Below, piece after piece: positions 46,898-58,500 of a stretch of DNA of 64,000 bases. The DNA comes from a virus. Its lineage: Duplodnaviria; Heunggongvirae; Uroviricota; Caudoviricetes. Numbering within the stretch: the stretch's first letter is position 1; each line of letters opens with the position of its first letter. The notes under the pieces were generated by a model. That model saw only the letters and a list, made by a program, of their open reading frames with translations. It was not told the origin of the DNA and did no database searches. Location: the IMG/VR virus record IMGVR_UViG_3300024298_000005. One strand, written 5' to 3'. A program made the position numbers and the translations under genes.

Positions 46898-47829
46898 TCT
46901 TTTTTCCCTAATACGTGATTTACTACTAGTGTAGTTATGTCTTCGTTCATAGACATAATGTTTTCGTTTGATCTATTAATTCTTTCATCTGGGAAGATTC
47001 TAATAGGATCGTATTCTCTGTTTACTTCTCCCATATCTAAAATATCAAAGTCAGGGCAGTTAGGGAACGATACGTTAATAGGGAAAGTCCCGCCAGTTAC
47101 TACAACTGCTTCTTTATTCATAGAATATGCTAAATGCTGGCCCAAGCTATCGCAACCTAAAAACTTATCTGCATATTTGATAACTGCGGCCCACACTCTA
47201 ATGTTTACATTTTCTGGTACAGCAACTTCGTCTTTAAGTTTTGCATCAGAAAAATCAACTTTAAATTCGCTCATCATAATAACACCAAAGTCATTATTTT
47301 GCAATTTTTTAACAATTGATTTAACATCACGTAATTCAAAACTTCTTGAAGTTCTGTCAATTAGTGTTTCGTCGATGTATTCAATACCACGACCAAAAGG
47401 TTGAAACACAACTACTTTTTCTTTTTTAAGTTTTTTCTTAACATCACTGACCATTTGTCGGCCATATAGCATTTCTTCTTTGCTTAGACGCAGGGTTGGT
47501 CTAGGAAGATCTCTAATACCTTTATTGTTAACTTGAATGTCAAACGCTTGTGCAATTGAACATTGTTGATTGTAATATTCCCAAATTCTATATGGTTCTG
47601 TGGTAACAATTTCGCGATCTTTTAAATAATCTTTAAAAAGATTTTTATGCCATACATCGTATGTTCTATTATCAAGGGTAGGATGACCCTTAAAAATATC
47701 TGTTCCACCTTCGCAGACAATAATAAAATCTTTATCGTCTGATTCTTTTTCATATAGTTCAAAAGCAGGAATAGATGCAATCATTCTACCTGCTCCACCG
47801 TTAATAAAAAATGCTTTGGATCTGCTCAT
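46894..47829 (-). CDS. GT9 (heptosyltransferase)-like GT-B glycosyltransferase
   Basis: NGGAGRMIASIP N-motif; WAAVIKYADKFLGCDSLGQHLA C-motif; GGAG RBS. Confidence 0.6.
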   Translation of the reverse strand: MSRSKAFFINGGAGRMIASIPAFELYEKESDDKDFIIVCEGGTDIFKGHPTLDNRTYDVWHKNLFKDYLKDREIVTTEPYRIWEYYNQQCSIAQAFDIQVNNKGIRDLPRPTLRLSKEEMLYGRQMVSDVKKKLKKEKVVVFQPFGRGIEYIDETLIDRTSRSFELRDVKSIVKKLQNNDFGVIMMSEFKVDFSDAKLKDEVAVPENVNIRVWAAVIKYADKFLGCDSLGQHLAYSMNKEAVVVTGGTFPINVSFPNCPDFDILDMGEVNREYDPIRIFPDERINRSNENIMSMNEDITTLVVNHVLGKKE

Positions 47830-47838
47830 TTAAACTCC

Positions 47839-47893
47839 AAAAAAATAGCCTTGTACTTCATTATATAGTCATATAACGAAAAGCACAAGGCTA
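47839..47893 (-). terminator. long (about 21-bp) hairpin with T7 tail containing a TTGTGC-N17-TATAAT promoter
   Basis: TAGCCTTGTGC-TT-TTCGTTATAT-GACT-ATATAATGAA-GTACAAGGCTA-TTTTTTT. Confidence 0.7.
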
Positions 47894-47912
47894 ATCTTGG
47901 TTTAAATTTTAA

Positions 47913-48557
47913 TTATAGAGCAGGTTGAATTGGATAAGGAATTTTCCAATGATCTACGCCAGCATACTTTGTTTCAATTGTTCTTAAAAACTCAGCATGT
48001 TGCTCAATCTTTTCTAGCTGTTCTGGCAAATAGTTACCTGAACTTGCAGCTTCCTCAAAAGTTTTTAATTGAGACTTTTGAGATTCAAAGAACGAAGCTC
48101 TAGTGATAGCATGGTTTCTATATCTTGGCATTATCCAAGAACTAGTTGCTGCATCCCATTTTGCATCGTTGGTGTAAAATGGTTGTGTGCAACAGCCGTG
48201 CTCGTCATCATAATGATATTCGTACTTTTCACCTGTTGGAAGTGTTTCTACATAGTTTGGTACAGGACTTTGCTCATATTCGTGAGTAATATAAGATGCT
48301 AAAAATGGATTTTGATCAGCGTCGAGTACAACTTGAATATGACCCTCTGGGTCTAGATTCTCTTGAGCAATTTTCCATTTTTCTAATGCTTCTAAGGTTT
48401 CTTCACCTTCGTCCCAAGCAAACACAGCACCCGTAGCTTTTACTACTCTGATGAGCAGATATCTAGGGCCTGTATAAACACAATCAACCGTTCTGTTTAA
48501 TTTTGTTGTGGTCTTGTATGGCTCATCTGGCAATACTGCTTTAAATGCTTTTCTCAT
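47913..48557 (-). CDS. hypothetical protein, possibly a tail-fibre assembly chaperone (214 aa)
   Basis: Start MRKAFK with AAGGA RBS; lies directly after the fibre-tip-like genes. Confidence 0.5.
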   Translation of the reverse strand: MRKAFKAVLPDEPYKTTTKLNRTVDCVYTGPRYLLIRVVKATGAVFAWDEGEETLEALEKWKIAQENLDPEGHIQVVLDADQNPFLASYITHEYEQSPVPNYVETLPTGEKYEYHYDDEHGCCTQPFYTNDAKWDAATSSWIMPRYRNHAITRASFFESQKSQLKTFEEAASSGNYLPEQLEKIEQHAEFLRTIETKYAGVDHWKIPYPIQPAL

Positions 48558-48561
48558 GTTT

Positions 48562-49554
48562 TTAATCCTTAGGTATAAAGTTAATTCTAACTGCACCCAT
48601 GCCGCCTCTCCAACCGTTATCTCTAACGTCACCGCATGGTGTTGCTGGATGTCCGCCTATGCCAATTGGCCAAAATGGTTGACAACCTTGTACATCGTAG
48701 CATCCGCACGATCTAATTGTAGTATAACAAGTAGTCCATGGAATACCTCTAACTGGGCTTCGACTCATGCCGTTAAGTGCATTAATAAACTGGTGATATC
48801 CCATTCCTGACCATTCAGAGAATCCATTATCACCTTCTGTTCCGTATGAAACAACGCCACCATCGCAGGCAAATAGTCCTGGAGGAACAGCTACGTGGTA
48901 ATGAGTTGAACATGGGCAGTTACCATAACCAGTCCAGAATGTTACACAGCTAAATCCGCCGCGTTTATTAATATCTCCGCCGTAGGCTTCTGCACAACAG
49001 CTACCAGTTCCTGATCCATAATTACAAATAATACCACAACATCCGTTTGAATAGTTGGTATTACAGAAATTACCTGCTACAAAGCAACAGAACATAACGC
49101 CGGATGGGTTACAGAATGTTGTGCCTCCACGGCCGCCTTGTGTACAAATACATCCGTTAGTTGCTGCACCAGTTAATGGAACACGGCCAAACCAGCATAA
49201 GCAGGTTGCTTCTGAACAACCACGGAAACATAGTGTATCAGCATTGTTACAGCTCTTTCCAATGTATCCACAGACATAACAGCCTGCAACTACGCAGAAA
49301 CATTTTCTTGCCCATGCTCCTGGATTTCCTGGAACACCGTGTCCACAGCAGCACATACGTGCTCCTGAACCACCAGCACCCCAAACGTCCATGATAACAC
49401 GACCTGTTTGGCAGGCTACCCAGCAAAATCCGTTTACATAGTTATTGTATTCAGCTGACGGTGTATAAAACCAAATTTGTCCTTTTTCAAGATTTGATTC
49501 ATCCCATTCAATTTGGTTTAATTTATTTTCTACTAATGTTTTTAAGGTAGCCAT
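48562..49554 (-). CDS. Cys-rich Gly-motif protein, paralog 3 (330 aa, about 34 Cys); putative fibre tip/adhesin
   Basis: WGAGGSGARMCCCG, GGRGG, YGGDIN, SCGCY..QGC, RGGMGAVRI; GGAGG RBS. Confidence 0.65.
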   Translation of the reverse strand: MATLKTLVENKLNQIEWDESNLEKGQIWFYTPSAEYNNYVNGFCWVACQTGRVIMDVWGAGGSGARMCCCGHGVPGNPGAWARKCFCVVAGCYVCGYIGKSCNNADTLCFRGCSEATCLCWFGRVPLTGAATNGCICTQGGRGGTTFCNPSGVMFCCFVAGNFCNTNYSNGCCGIICNYGSGTGSCCAEAYGGDINKRGGFSCVTFWTGYGNCPCSTHYHVAVPPGLFACDGGVVSYGTEGDNGFSEWSGMGYHQFINALNGMSRSPVRGIPWTTCYTTIRSCGCYDVQGCQPFWPIGIGGHPATPCGDVRDNGWRGGMGAVRINFIPKD

Positions 49555-49555
49555 A

Positions 49556-50785
49556 TTAGTACGCATTGCCTCCGTCAGTTGGAATGTATTTAATTCTTAC
49601 CATACCCATACCACCTCTCATAGCATGGTCACGAACACCCGGACATGGGTGAGGTGCTGCACCAGGTACTCCGTAAGGAACATAATGCATACATCCTTCC
49701 ATTTCGTAGCATCCGCAAGCACGGTCTGAACGCCAGCAACGAATATTTACTAGGTGTCCAGGTTGTCTAGATAAACCAGTTAATCCGTTTAGGTGATGTG
49801 GTTTAGTGCTTCCTGACCAGTTAACCATTGGTGAATCATTTTCAGTTGTGTATGTATATGATCCGCCGTCGTTGGCAAAAATACCCGGAGATGTAGTAAT
49901 GTGATACTGGAACATACATGTACACATTGGTAAACATCCTTGCCAGCTTACACAGCTAAATCCGCCACAGCAGTTAATATCGCCGCCGTAGCCGCAGGCT
50001 TGGAATGAAGCTGAACTGGGCCAATCACTTGGATTCCAGTTACAGATCATACCGCAAGCAGAGCGAGAAATATCACACATATTGTGTTGTGTACTTAATT
50101 TTGTTCCGCACCATGCGTTGGTTATGTAGCAAGAGTATGGTGATTTATCATCAATACAATAACTAATACCACCACGACCACCCTGAGAACATAAACAGCC
50201 ATTTGATGCACCTGCTGCACAGCAAATACCCCAGTTAGCGCAGCCTTGGCCGCCATAACGTCCACATTGGCCGCCTTCAAATTGAATGCCGCCACCGGCA
50301 TTGCCGTACGGATCGCCTGCCATTGGGTTTCCGCCACCTTGGCCCCATCCCCACGGATTGTTGCCTCTAAATGATTCTTGTCTATTTGGTTCTTGTCCGC
50401 CTTCCCATACAGGTTTAGGAGCACAACCAAACCAGCATACGCAGGTTGCTTCCGAACATCCTCTAAAACAAAGTGCTGAAGAGTTGTTGCATGAACGACC
50501 TACATACCCGCAAACATAGTTTGAAGGACATACACAAATACATTTTTTTACATAGGCTGCTGGGTTTCCAGGTAATCCCACACCGCAGCAACACATTTGT
50601 GCGCCTGATCCAGACGCACCCCAAATTTCAATAATTGCTTTACCGCATCCTGGTGGTTTCCAACAGAAACCATTACAGAATGATGTGTACATATTGCCGT
50701 CTGAGTAAACCCAGATACGACCTTTTTCTAAGTTATCTTCCCAGGCTAATTCACGATTACCTAATAATTGTGTTAATGTTGACAT
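49556..50785 (-). CDS. Cys-rich Gly-motif protein, paralog 2 (409 aa, about 40 Cys)
   Basis: Same motifs plus a Gly-rich insertion of roughly 60 aa; TAATG coupling. Confidence 0.65.
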   Translation of the reverse strand: MSTLTQLLGNRELAWEDNLEKGRIWVYSDGNMYTSFCNGFCWKPPGCGKAIIEIWGASGSGAQMCCCGVGLPGNPAAYVKKCICVCPSNYVCGYVGRSCNNSSALCFRGCSEATCVCWFGCAPKPVWEGGQEPNRQESFRGNNPWGWGQGGGNPMAGDPYGNAGGGIQFEGGQCGRYGGQGCANWGICCAAGASNGCLCSQGGRGGISYCIDDKSPYSCYITNAWCGTKLSTQHNMCDISRSACGMICNWNPSDWPSSASFQACGYGGDINCCGGFSCVSWQGCLPMCTCMFQYHITTSPGIFANDGGSYTYTTENDSPMVNWSGSTKPHHLNGLTGLSRQPGHLVNIRCWRSDRACGCYEMEGCMHYVPYGVPGAAPHPCPGVRDHAMRGGMGMVRIKYIPTDGGNAY

Positions 50786-51813
50786 TAGTAACCGCCTCCT
50801 AGTCTTGAGCAATTCTGTTCATATATTCCAGAACCTCTATATGTTAATCTAATTGCACCGTGGCCGCCTCGTCTGCCGTGGTCACGAACGTCTGGACATG
50901 GAAACGGAGGTCCACCGGCTACACCATACGGCATATGAACTTGACAACCGTTTTGTTCATAACATCCACATGATTGAGTGCCTGAATAGCAAGTGTGCCA
51001 TGGCATACCGCCACTTGGCCATTTACCTACGTTGTTAATTGCATATTGTTGATTGTAGTTACCCATTCCTGACCATTCAGAATATTCTGGGTCTGCATCG
51101 TTAATATACGATAAGTAACCACCTTGTGTACTATACACGCCAGCAGCAAAAGGAATGTAAACTTCAGTTTGGCAAGGACATGATGGATAGCAACCTTTAA
51201 AGTGTACATATCCAACGCAACCGCAGCAGTTAATGTCGCCACCGTAGCCGCAGGCAATCCATGCGCCTGGACATTGGTTACACACAATTGCGCAGTTATC
51301 GCAACCTGTTGGAGAATTATAACGTGTTGTACAGAATGTACAATATAGATAACAGCAATAAGCAGATGTTGAAGTTGAGCATATAGCAATGCCTCCACGT
51401 CCGCCTTGAGCACACATACATCCGCCGGTATAACCGCAAAGGTCTCGAGCATTACCCCATCTTAGATATGACGGGTCGCTGCATCCTGAAAAACATAAGC
51501 TGTGAGAGTTACAAGACATTGATGGACAAGCACAAATATAGCTGCCACAAAAAACTGCAATAGTCTTTTTAGAATATGCCGGAGCATTTCCTGGAAGGCC
51601 AAAGCCACAACAGCACATACGAGCGCCGCTGCCTGCTGCACCCCACATCTCAATAGTTAGTGTTCCACAACCAGGTGATGTCCAGCAGTACAACATGTCA
51701 GATCTAATACATGAATACATGCCGGTGGGTGAGACCGTCCAGACCTTGCCTTTTTCAAGATTATCCTGATTGGCTGTAATCTCTCTTGTAGATAATAGGT
51801 CTGATAATTTCAT
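50785..51813 (-). CDS. Cys-rich Gly-motif protein, paralog 1 (342 aa, about 37 Cys)
   Basis: NLEKG.VW, WGAAGSGARMCCCG, RRGGHGAIRL. Confidence 0.65.
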   Translation of the reverse strand: MKLSDLLSTREITANQDNLEKGKVWTVSPTGMYSCIRSDMLYCWTSPGCGTLTIEMWGAAGSGARMCCCGFGLPGNAPAYSKKTIAVFCGSYICACPSMSCNSHSLCFSGCSDPSYLRWGNARDLCGYTGGCMCAQGGRGGIAICSTSTSAYCCYLYCTFCTTRYNSPTGCDNCAIVCNQCPGAWIACGYGGDINCCGCVGYVHFKGCYPSCPCQTEVYIPFAAGVYSTQGGYLSYINDADPEYSEWSGMGNYNQQYAINNVGKWPSGGMPWHTCYSGTQSCGCYEQNGCQVHMPYGVAGGPPFPCPDVRDHGRRGGHGAIRLTYRGSGIYEQNCSRLGGGY

Positions 51814-51826
51814 TTGTTTTCCCTAA

Positions 51827-52153
51827 TTATGGTCCAATAAATACCCAACCAAATGTTGAGCCTGAATAAATCATTGTTACCGCAGCATTGTTAAGGTTTA
51901 AAACTAAATCTTCTGATAAGTTTTGAATTTTATTACCATTTCTGCCAATGGTTACGTTGTTAGTAGCAAAGTTTCCTGCTACGTCAATAATTTGAATTGT
52001 ATCACCTACTGATGGTGATGCTGGTAAAGTAAGAGTAAAAGCTGTTGATGTTGCATCAGCAAAAATTCTTTCTCCAGAATTCAATGTTGTTGATGAAGTT
52101 AACGTTCTGTTAGTTACTGCATCTGTTCCGAAGGATGATACCTGTCTTCCCAT
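51827..52153 (-). CDS. small tail-fibre-domain protein (108 aa)
   Basis: TLTLPASPSVGDTIQIIDVAGNFATNNVTIGRNG motif typical of fibre modules; AGGAG RBS. Confidence 0.6.
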   Translation of the reverse strand: MGRQVSSFGTDAVTNRTLTSSTTLNSGERIFADATSTAFTLTLPASPSVGDTIQIIDVAGNFATNNVTIGRNGNKIQNLSEDLVLNLNNAAVTMIYSGSTFGWVFIGP

Positions 52154-52173
52154 TTTATGTTATCTCCTAATAA

Positions 52174-52494
52174 TTAAGTTGTAGATGTCTCAATACCAAA
52201 CGCATTCACTGATACGTTTGCATTGCTGGCATAAACAACTAAATTTTTACCAGCATTCATCATAATACCTGTTCTCTCTAGCACACCGTTTGCACCAACT
52301 TGCACATCATATTCAATGTATTCTGCGTTTGTCGGAGTCGAAGTTGCAGCTAGAGCCATTCTAATACTCACTGCTGTTGTTCCTCTATTCAAAACGTTAA
52401 TTGATAGTACGGTGAAATAACCAGTTGGAACGGTATAGACTACGGTATTGGTAGCTGATGCTAACGCTGATTGTCCTAATAATCCTGTTGCCAT
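52174..52494 (-). CDS. small putative virion protein (106 aa)
   Basis: ORF track; GGAG RBS; VYTVP...INV.N pattern. Confidence 0.55.
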   Translation of the reverse strand: MATGLLGQSALASATNTVVYTVPTGYFTVLSINVLNRGTTAVSIRMALAATSTPTNAEYIEYDVQVGANGVLERTGIMMNAGKNLVVYASNANVSVNAFGIETSTT

Positions 52495-52508
52495 TTATAA
52501 ATTCTCCA

Positions 52509-55500
52509 TTATTTGTTCAATAAAAAGTAGTTCAATACCAGTGGATCGCCAGCAATACCGCCTTTGAAATTCACCTTAGTATTTATGTTGATTTGAACAT
52601 TCGTAGTAGTAGCGATGGTCTGACCAGCTATGTATACAACGCCCGCTGTTAGGGTGTTTACGTTCAAACTAGAACCGCCGCCACCAATTTGGCTTGTTAT
52701 ATATGCTTTAATAGCACGTTGAGTTGGAATAACAGAGTCCGAATCTTGTGTAAAGAACGGATCTGTTGAAAATTCAGAAATTGTTGCTCCTGAACCGCCC
52801 AATGCTACAGAACCCAGCGAAAGTTCGTTCAACCCTGCAATATTAAATGCGTCAGCATTCAATGTTGCAACACCAGTTGATTGCTCAACGTTGAATAATC
52901 CACCAACTCTAAAGTTACCGTCTTGGTCAGTACTTGTGTAGAACACACGACCGCCTTCTGAGCCAACGGTTTCGTTAGCAGGAACTGGATCTTGTAACGG
53001 CAAGTCTGGGTAATTTGTTTGTGTTTTATTACCTGTTCCCACGTCTAAGAAATCATGTCCTGTTAAACGAACCTGTGAATAACGTCTACGAATTGAAATT
53101 GCTGTTTCATGATCCGGTGCTTCGGCAGCTCCCAATGCTGGACTTAGTTGTAGAGTTGCATTGTAAGTACCGTCAGTATTTGGTATTAATCCAGTTACGG
53201 TAACTAGTCTATACCAAACATCGTTAATTCCTGCGATCTGAACGTTTGAACCTGCTCTTGGAACATCGGTTAGATTCTTAAATCCAACATATGAACTTAC
53301 TTGATAGTTGTCAGCATATCCGTCGCCTGTTACGGTTGCAGATGCTGCGGTATAACCTGTTCCTCTATTGGTCCAAATTGGTTGACTTAATGCTCCATCT
53401 CCTACTCTAATTTCGACGGTTGCATCTGATCCTGTGTTATTAGGATCAGTGATAGTCATAGTTGGAGCACTTGAGTAACCACTACCTGGTTCGTGAATCC
53501 AAATTTCAGTAATTTGGTTATTTGTTACATAAGCTCTGGCTCTAGTCTTGGCGCCAGCAACTACGCCTTGTGCTTTTGGACTTGTTGGAGCAAGTACCAT
53601 CCATTTTGGACTTCCAGAAATACTTCCTAATGCAGATGCTACGTATTCTTTAGCCACTACCGCTGTCATTGTTCCAGATGCCGCTGAAAGAACTAGGGCG
53701 GATCCGCCTTTAGATGTAGATACTGAGAATTGTGTAGTATTTGTAGATTCAACACTAATTACCCAATAGTATGTGTCATTTCTAACACCACCAAATGTAG
53801 TGCCTGTGAATCTTACACGATCATTTACACTAATATTTGCTGTTGTATCAGATGTTGTTATTAAATTTGTATTCAATACAAAATTAATGCTTGCAGCACC
53901 ACTCGATGCTGTAGTTGGAAGTGCTACATTTCTATTATTTCCATAGGCCGCAGCATTCCAGTTACGTGTTGCAGGTAGTGCTGGACCTTCTACCCATGTA
54001 ATACCATCTGTAGAATATGCTGTTCTTGTAGAGTTATAAGCAAAAGCTGTATAAGCTCCGCCACCATAAACAACTCTATACCAACGTGCTGCTGCACCCG
54101 GCATAGTTGCCGATGTCCATGATGTACCGTTTGATGAGTAAGCAGCCTTAGTTGAAGTTCCATTTGGTCCTCCAGCTACCGTTACAAACTTACCATTGCC
54201 ATAAACTACTGAACTCCAGTAGTCTGCACTTGGCAATGTATTACCTGCGGTCCAAGTAATACCGTCTGTAGAATAAGCACTTAATTGGCTAGTTGCTGTA
54301 ATACCTGTTACTACAACATAATATGCTGTTGCTCCTGGCTGACCGTATGCAATACTTGTATATTCTGTTGAGCTAGCACTAATTGTGCCGTTTAACCATG
54401 TTACCCCATCTGTTGAGTAAGCGGTTCTATTTTGTCCACCGCTAATTGCAACATATTTGCTGCCAGCATAGATCATATCTGACCACTGGCCTTGAGTTGG
54501 AATAGCGTTAGTAGTTCCTGTCCATGTTACTCCATCTGTAGATGTAGCAAGATGACGTGTATTTGCTATAACAGCAATATACTGATTAGAACCGTTATAT
54601 GCAATTGCTGTATATTCCCATGAACTCGATGGTGTTGCTAGTGTAACAGATGTCCATGTTTCGCCGTCTGTACTTGAAGCAGCATATGGAGTTGCTACGT
54701 TATCGTGACCAACTGCAACAAATTTGCTGCCTGTCCAGATAACATCTTGCCAATATGCACTTGCAGGCAATGTTCTTGCAGTATATGATCCAGGATTAGT
54801 ATCTTTAGCTGTTGTTGAAATTGCTAGGCTAGCATGTGAACCGTCACGTAGTGTCCACGTTACACCATCTTCAGATGTTGCTGCGTAATCACCGTACGAT
54901 GTTACGTAGAATACACCGCCGCCATAGTTAATAGAACTCCACTCATATATTCCTGGAAGTGTGCTGGCTGTCCATGTTGCGCCATCAAATGAGTAAGCTG
55001 CATTTCCAGAGCTGTCTGAAATTGCCACATAACGTCCGTTACCATAAGCAACGTCAATCCAATTTGATGTAGTTGAGTCATTGTTAGCTGGTAGGCTAGT
55101 TGCTCCAACGGTCCATGTTGATCCATCTGTTGAATAAGCACTTGCTCTGCTGAAGCCGCCACCGATCATAACAAATCTATTATAACCGTATGTAACTGCT
55201 ACTGCATCAACGCTCTGTGTTGAAGTTGACCATGAAGTTCCTGTTGTACTTACAGAGTAATAAGCAGAACCAGATGTTCTAGAAACAGCAACAAACTTTT
55301 GATTACCGTAGGTAACATCTGACCATGAAGCTGATGTTCCTAAACTTGCGCTAGTCCAATTAATACCATCTGTTGAGTATGCAGCACTTGTGCCACCACT
55401 TGCTACTGCTACAAAGTAACTAACTCCTGTGCTAACTTGGCCGTAGGCAATAGCGGTCCATGTTGCAGATGCTGGTAAAGTCATTGCAGTCCATGTTGAT

Positions 55501-58500
55501 CCGTCTGCGGAATAAGCACCACTGGCTGTTCCACTAGCTATGGCTACGTATTTTGGTGTTACAGCAGTACCAGATACTGACACGCTTGTAATTCCACCAC
55601 TTACACCGGATACGGTTGACACGGTGATTGTTAAATTATTAGTTGGCGTGGTACCACCTAAACTTGCACCTAAAATTGTAACGGTATCACCAACTGCATA
55701 TAATACACCCGGCGAATTGATAGTTACACTATAAACTCCATTTCTTCTAGAAACATCAAATGTTGCTAGATTTCCTGAACCGCTTGTAGTTCCAGATAGT
55801 CCGGTGTAAGTTGAATAACCATCGCCAAATGCAATGTCTGTCCAGGTAGAACTTGCTGGAAGAGTTGATAATGATTTAGTAAATGCAGGTGCTGTAAATG
55901 ATAGTCTTGGAGTAATAACATAAGTTGATGTTAAACTTAGCGAGCTAGCAATTGCAGTTCCTGGAACAACGTGATCCCAACCTGCTGTACCTGTTGATTC
56001 TTTATAAACGGTAGCTACTTTTGAACCAGCGTTATAAGAATTAATATAACCGTATTGTCCTGCACCTGTACCTGCTGTAATATAAACAGCCATTCCAACG
56101 TATGCAGAACTTGTTGCTGTATCTGCTGCGGCAAGTGTAATTTGAGTTGTGTTTCCTGCCTGAGCTTGGTTAGAAGCAGTGACATAACCAGTGCCGCCTG
56201 TTCCGGAGCTATCGCCTGGATCAGTTAATCTAACTTGGAACACTCCGTTATCGCGGAATTCTCCCATTCTAGTTGCTGCACTATAGCCTGCACCGGATAT
56301 TGAATACGACCCTGTATGATAATCGCTACCAGCGTTTCCATATTCTAATAATAAAATATTGTTACCGTCAGTAATAACGTTTCTAATATCTGCTTCTGTT
56401 GAACGGTTATTGATTAAACCGGTAATTGGTGTTTCAGTAACATCAACGCCTTCTGCTACAGCACCATAGTCGCCGTAAGAGTTGTTACCGTTTGTTCCGC
56501 GAATTTTACCGCCGTTTTCTGCTAGATAGCCAACGTGTGCATAGTAAGTAAAGATCGAAACAAGTTCTGCACGACCTAAGTTAGTTACCCATGCGCCAAT
56601 TCCATCGCTAATAACTTGAGTAAAGTCATTAGACACCATCGAATCAACACCGCCATTGTGTAATGAGCCGTCAATCTTCTGACCAACAGCCGCTGTACCA
56701 AAGGTTGTAACGTTTTGTGTATATGTTGATTTGTTAGTTACCCACACGCGGTCATCGTTTGGTCCCCAACCATAGTCTAGAGAAACATAAGAACCTGCTA
56801 ATGGACGTTGTGTACCAAATTCGTTTGCTGGTAATAGGCCTGTTGCGCTTACTGGGTTAGCTCCAGGTGTTGTTCCGTCTGAGCTTCCGTCAAGGCCTAG
56901 TAATGTTTGATTTCTAACTCCACAACCGTTTCTAACTAGATACATATCTTCTAGTTTTGAACCAGTTAATGCGTTTCTGTAATAACGAGCTGCTAATGCA
57001 GATTTGTAGTTTCCTGTATATTTTAAATCGTAAGCTAGTGCTTCAACGTAATTTCTAATATCGTTTTGGCAGTAAGAGCTTAGATAGTAGAATGTCATAG
57101 TCATTGATCCAGAGGCTGCTGATAAATCAAGAGCTCCTGTCAATGATTCTGAAGTACTGATCTTAAATTGTGTTGCACTTATAATGCTATAAATGTAATA
57201 TGTTGTTCCTGTTGAAACACCACCAAATGTAGTACCAGTAAATCTTACAGCATCTCCGACTTGCATCCATGCTGTGCTTGAGCAAGTTAGTTTATCATCT
57301 GAAGTTGTTGCTGTTACGGTTGCTTTGTAAGTGTTGTTGATATAAGCTGTTGCTTCTGCGGCTAAAAATTCTTTGTTTAGTAGTAGAATTTCTGCAGCAT
57401 TTAACACATCTAAATCTTTTGTTGGAACATTTGTTCCAGTAACAATTGGAAGTGCTCCTGAATTTGCATATCCGATGATGTTTGAAAGTAAAATTTCTAC
57501 TTGAGAAACTGCATCGCCGGCAGCAACTAGCGCAGAACGAACTCCAATAAAGTCAATAATTCTACTAGTTGCTTCTAACTGGCTAGCAAGAACAACACCA
57601 GTTGAAGAAAGGCCTCTTTGATATGCCATTCCGTTTTGAATCGATAAGAAGTTTGATCCAAACATCATATCGTAGCCTAGTGCATCTACAATATACCCAA
57701 CGTCTCGTGAACATAATGTTTCGTCAAAGTCTAATGTTGCAAATTCTCTCTTAATATGTTGAACCGCATCAGTTTGAATAGATGTTTTAGCTGCTTGTAA
57801 TGTTGTATTAGCGGCAGAAAGTGTTGCACTTACCCATGTTGTTTCTGGGGCAACACTAGATGGTGTTGTGCCAGTATTGATAGTGTCACGTATTTCTGTT
57901 AAACGTGTTGCTGCATAAGTACCAGCTGTTGAACTTCCTGCTGTGCCTGTTGTATCTTGAGTAGCAGCATTTCCTGTTGTCTTTGTCCAGCTACCTGTAT
58001 TACCTTGTGCAATGTAAGTAATAATTGCAATTAAACGATTTTGCACAGCAATAGCAGCAGTTTTCTCGGATGAAGGTTCAACAAATGTTCCATTACTATA
58101 ATATGAACGTGCAGCAATAACGGTTGCTAGGTTACCACCATACATTAAATCATAATACAATGCTTCAACAATATATCCAATGTCTCTTGTACATGCTGTT
58201 TGTCCAGATACTCCTAAACTAGTCCATAAAGAACTATAGTTTAAAACCATATATGCTGTAACTTCAGCTTGTAAAAATGATTTGTTAGCAAGAATTAATC
58301 TTGCGGCATTGTAATAACCTGAAGTATAACCATAAGTTCCGCCGGTTGGTGTTGGACGAACATAAGAATCTGCATAAGCAAGACCGTTGTTAAGAACATC
58401 TTTAATTTCTCTTGCATTGTTTACAATAGAAAGTGCAGAAGTAGATAGTCTTAATTGTTCTTGAACTTTAGCAAAGATAAAATCTACGGTTGCTAAGGTT

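Noticed and set aside
48562-51813. Cys richness as a sign of codon reassignment
   Set aside because: Enzymes elsewhere in the window have Cys only at expected positions, and ORFs are intact under the standard code with TAA, TGA and TAG all used as stops.
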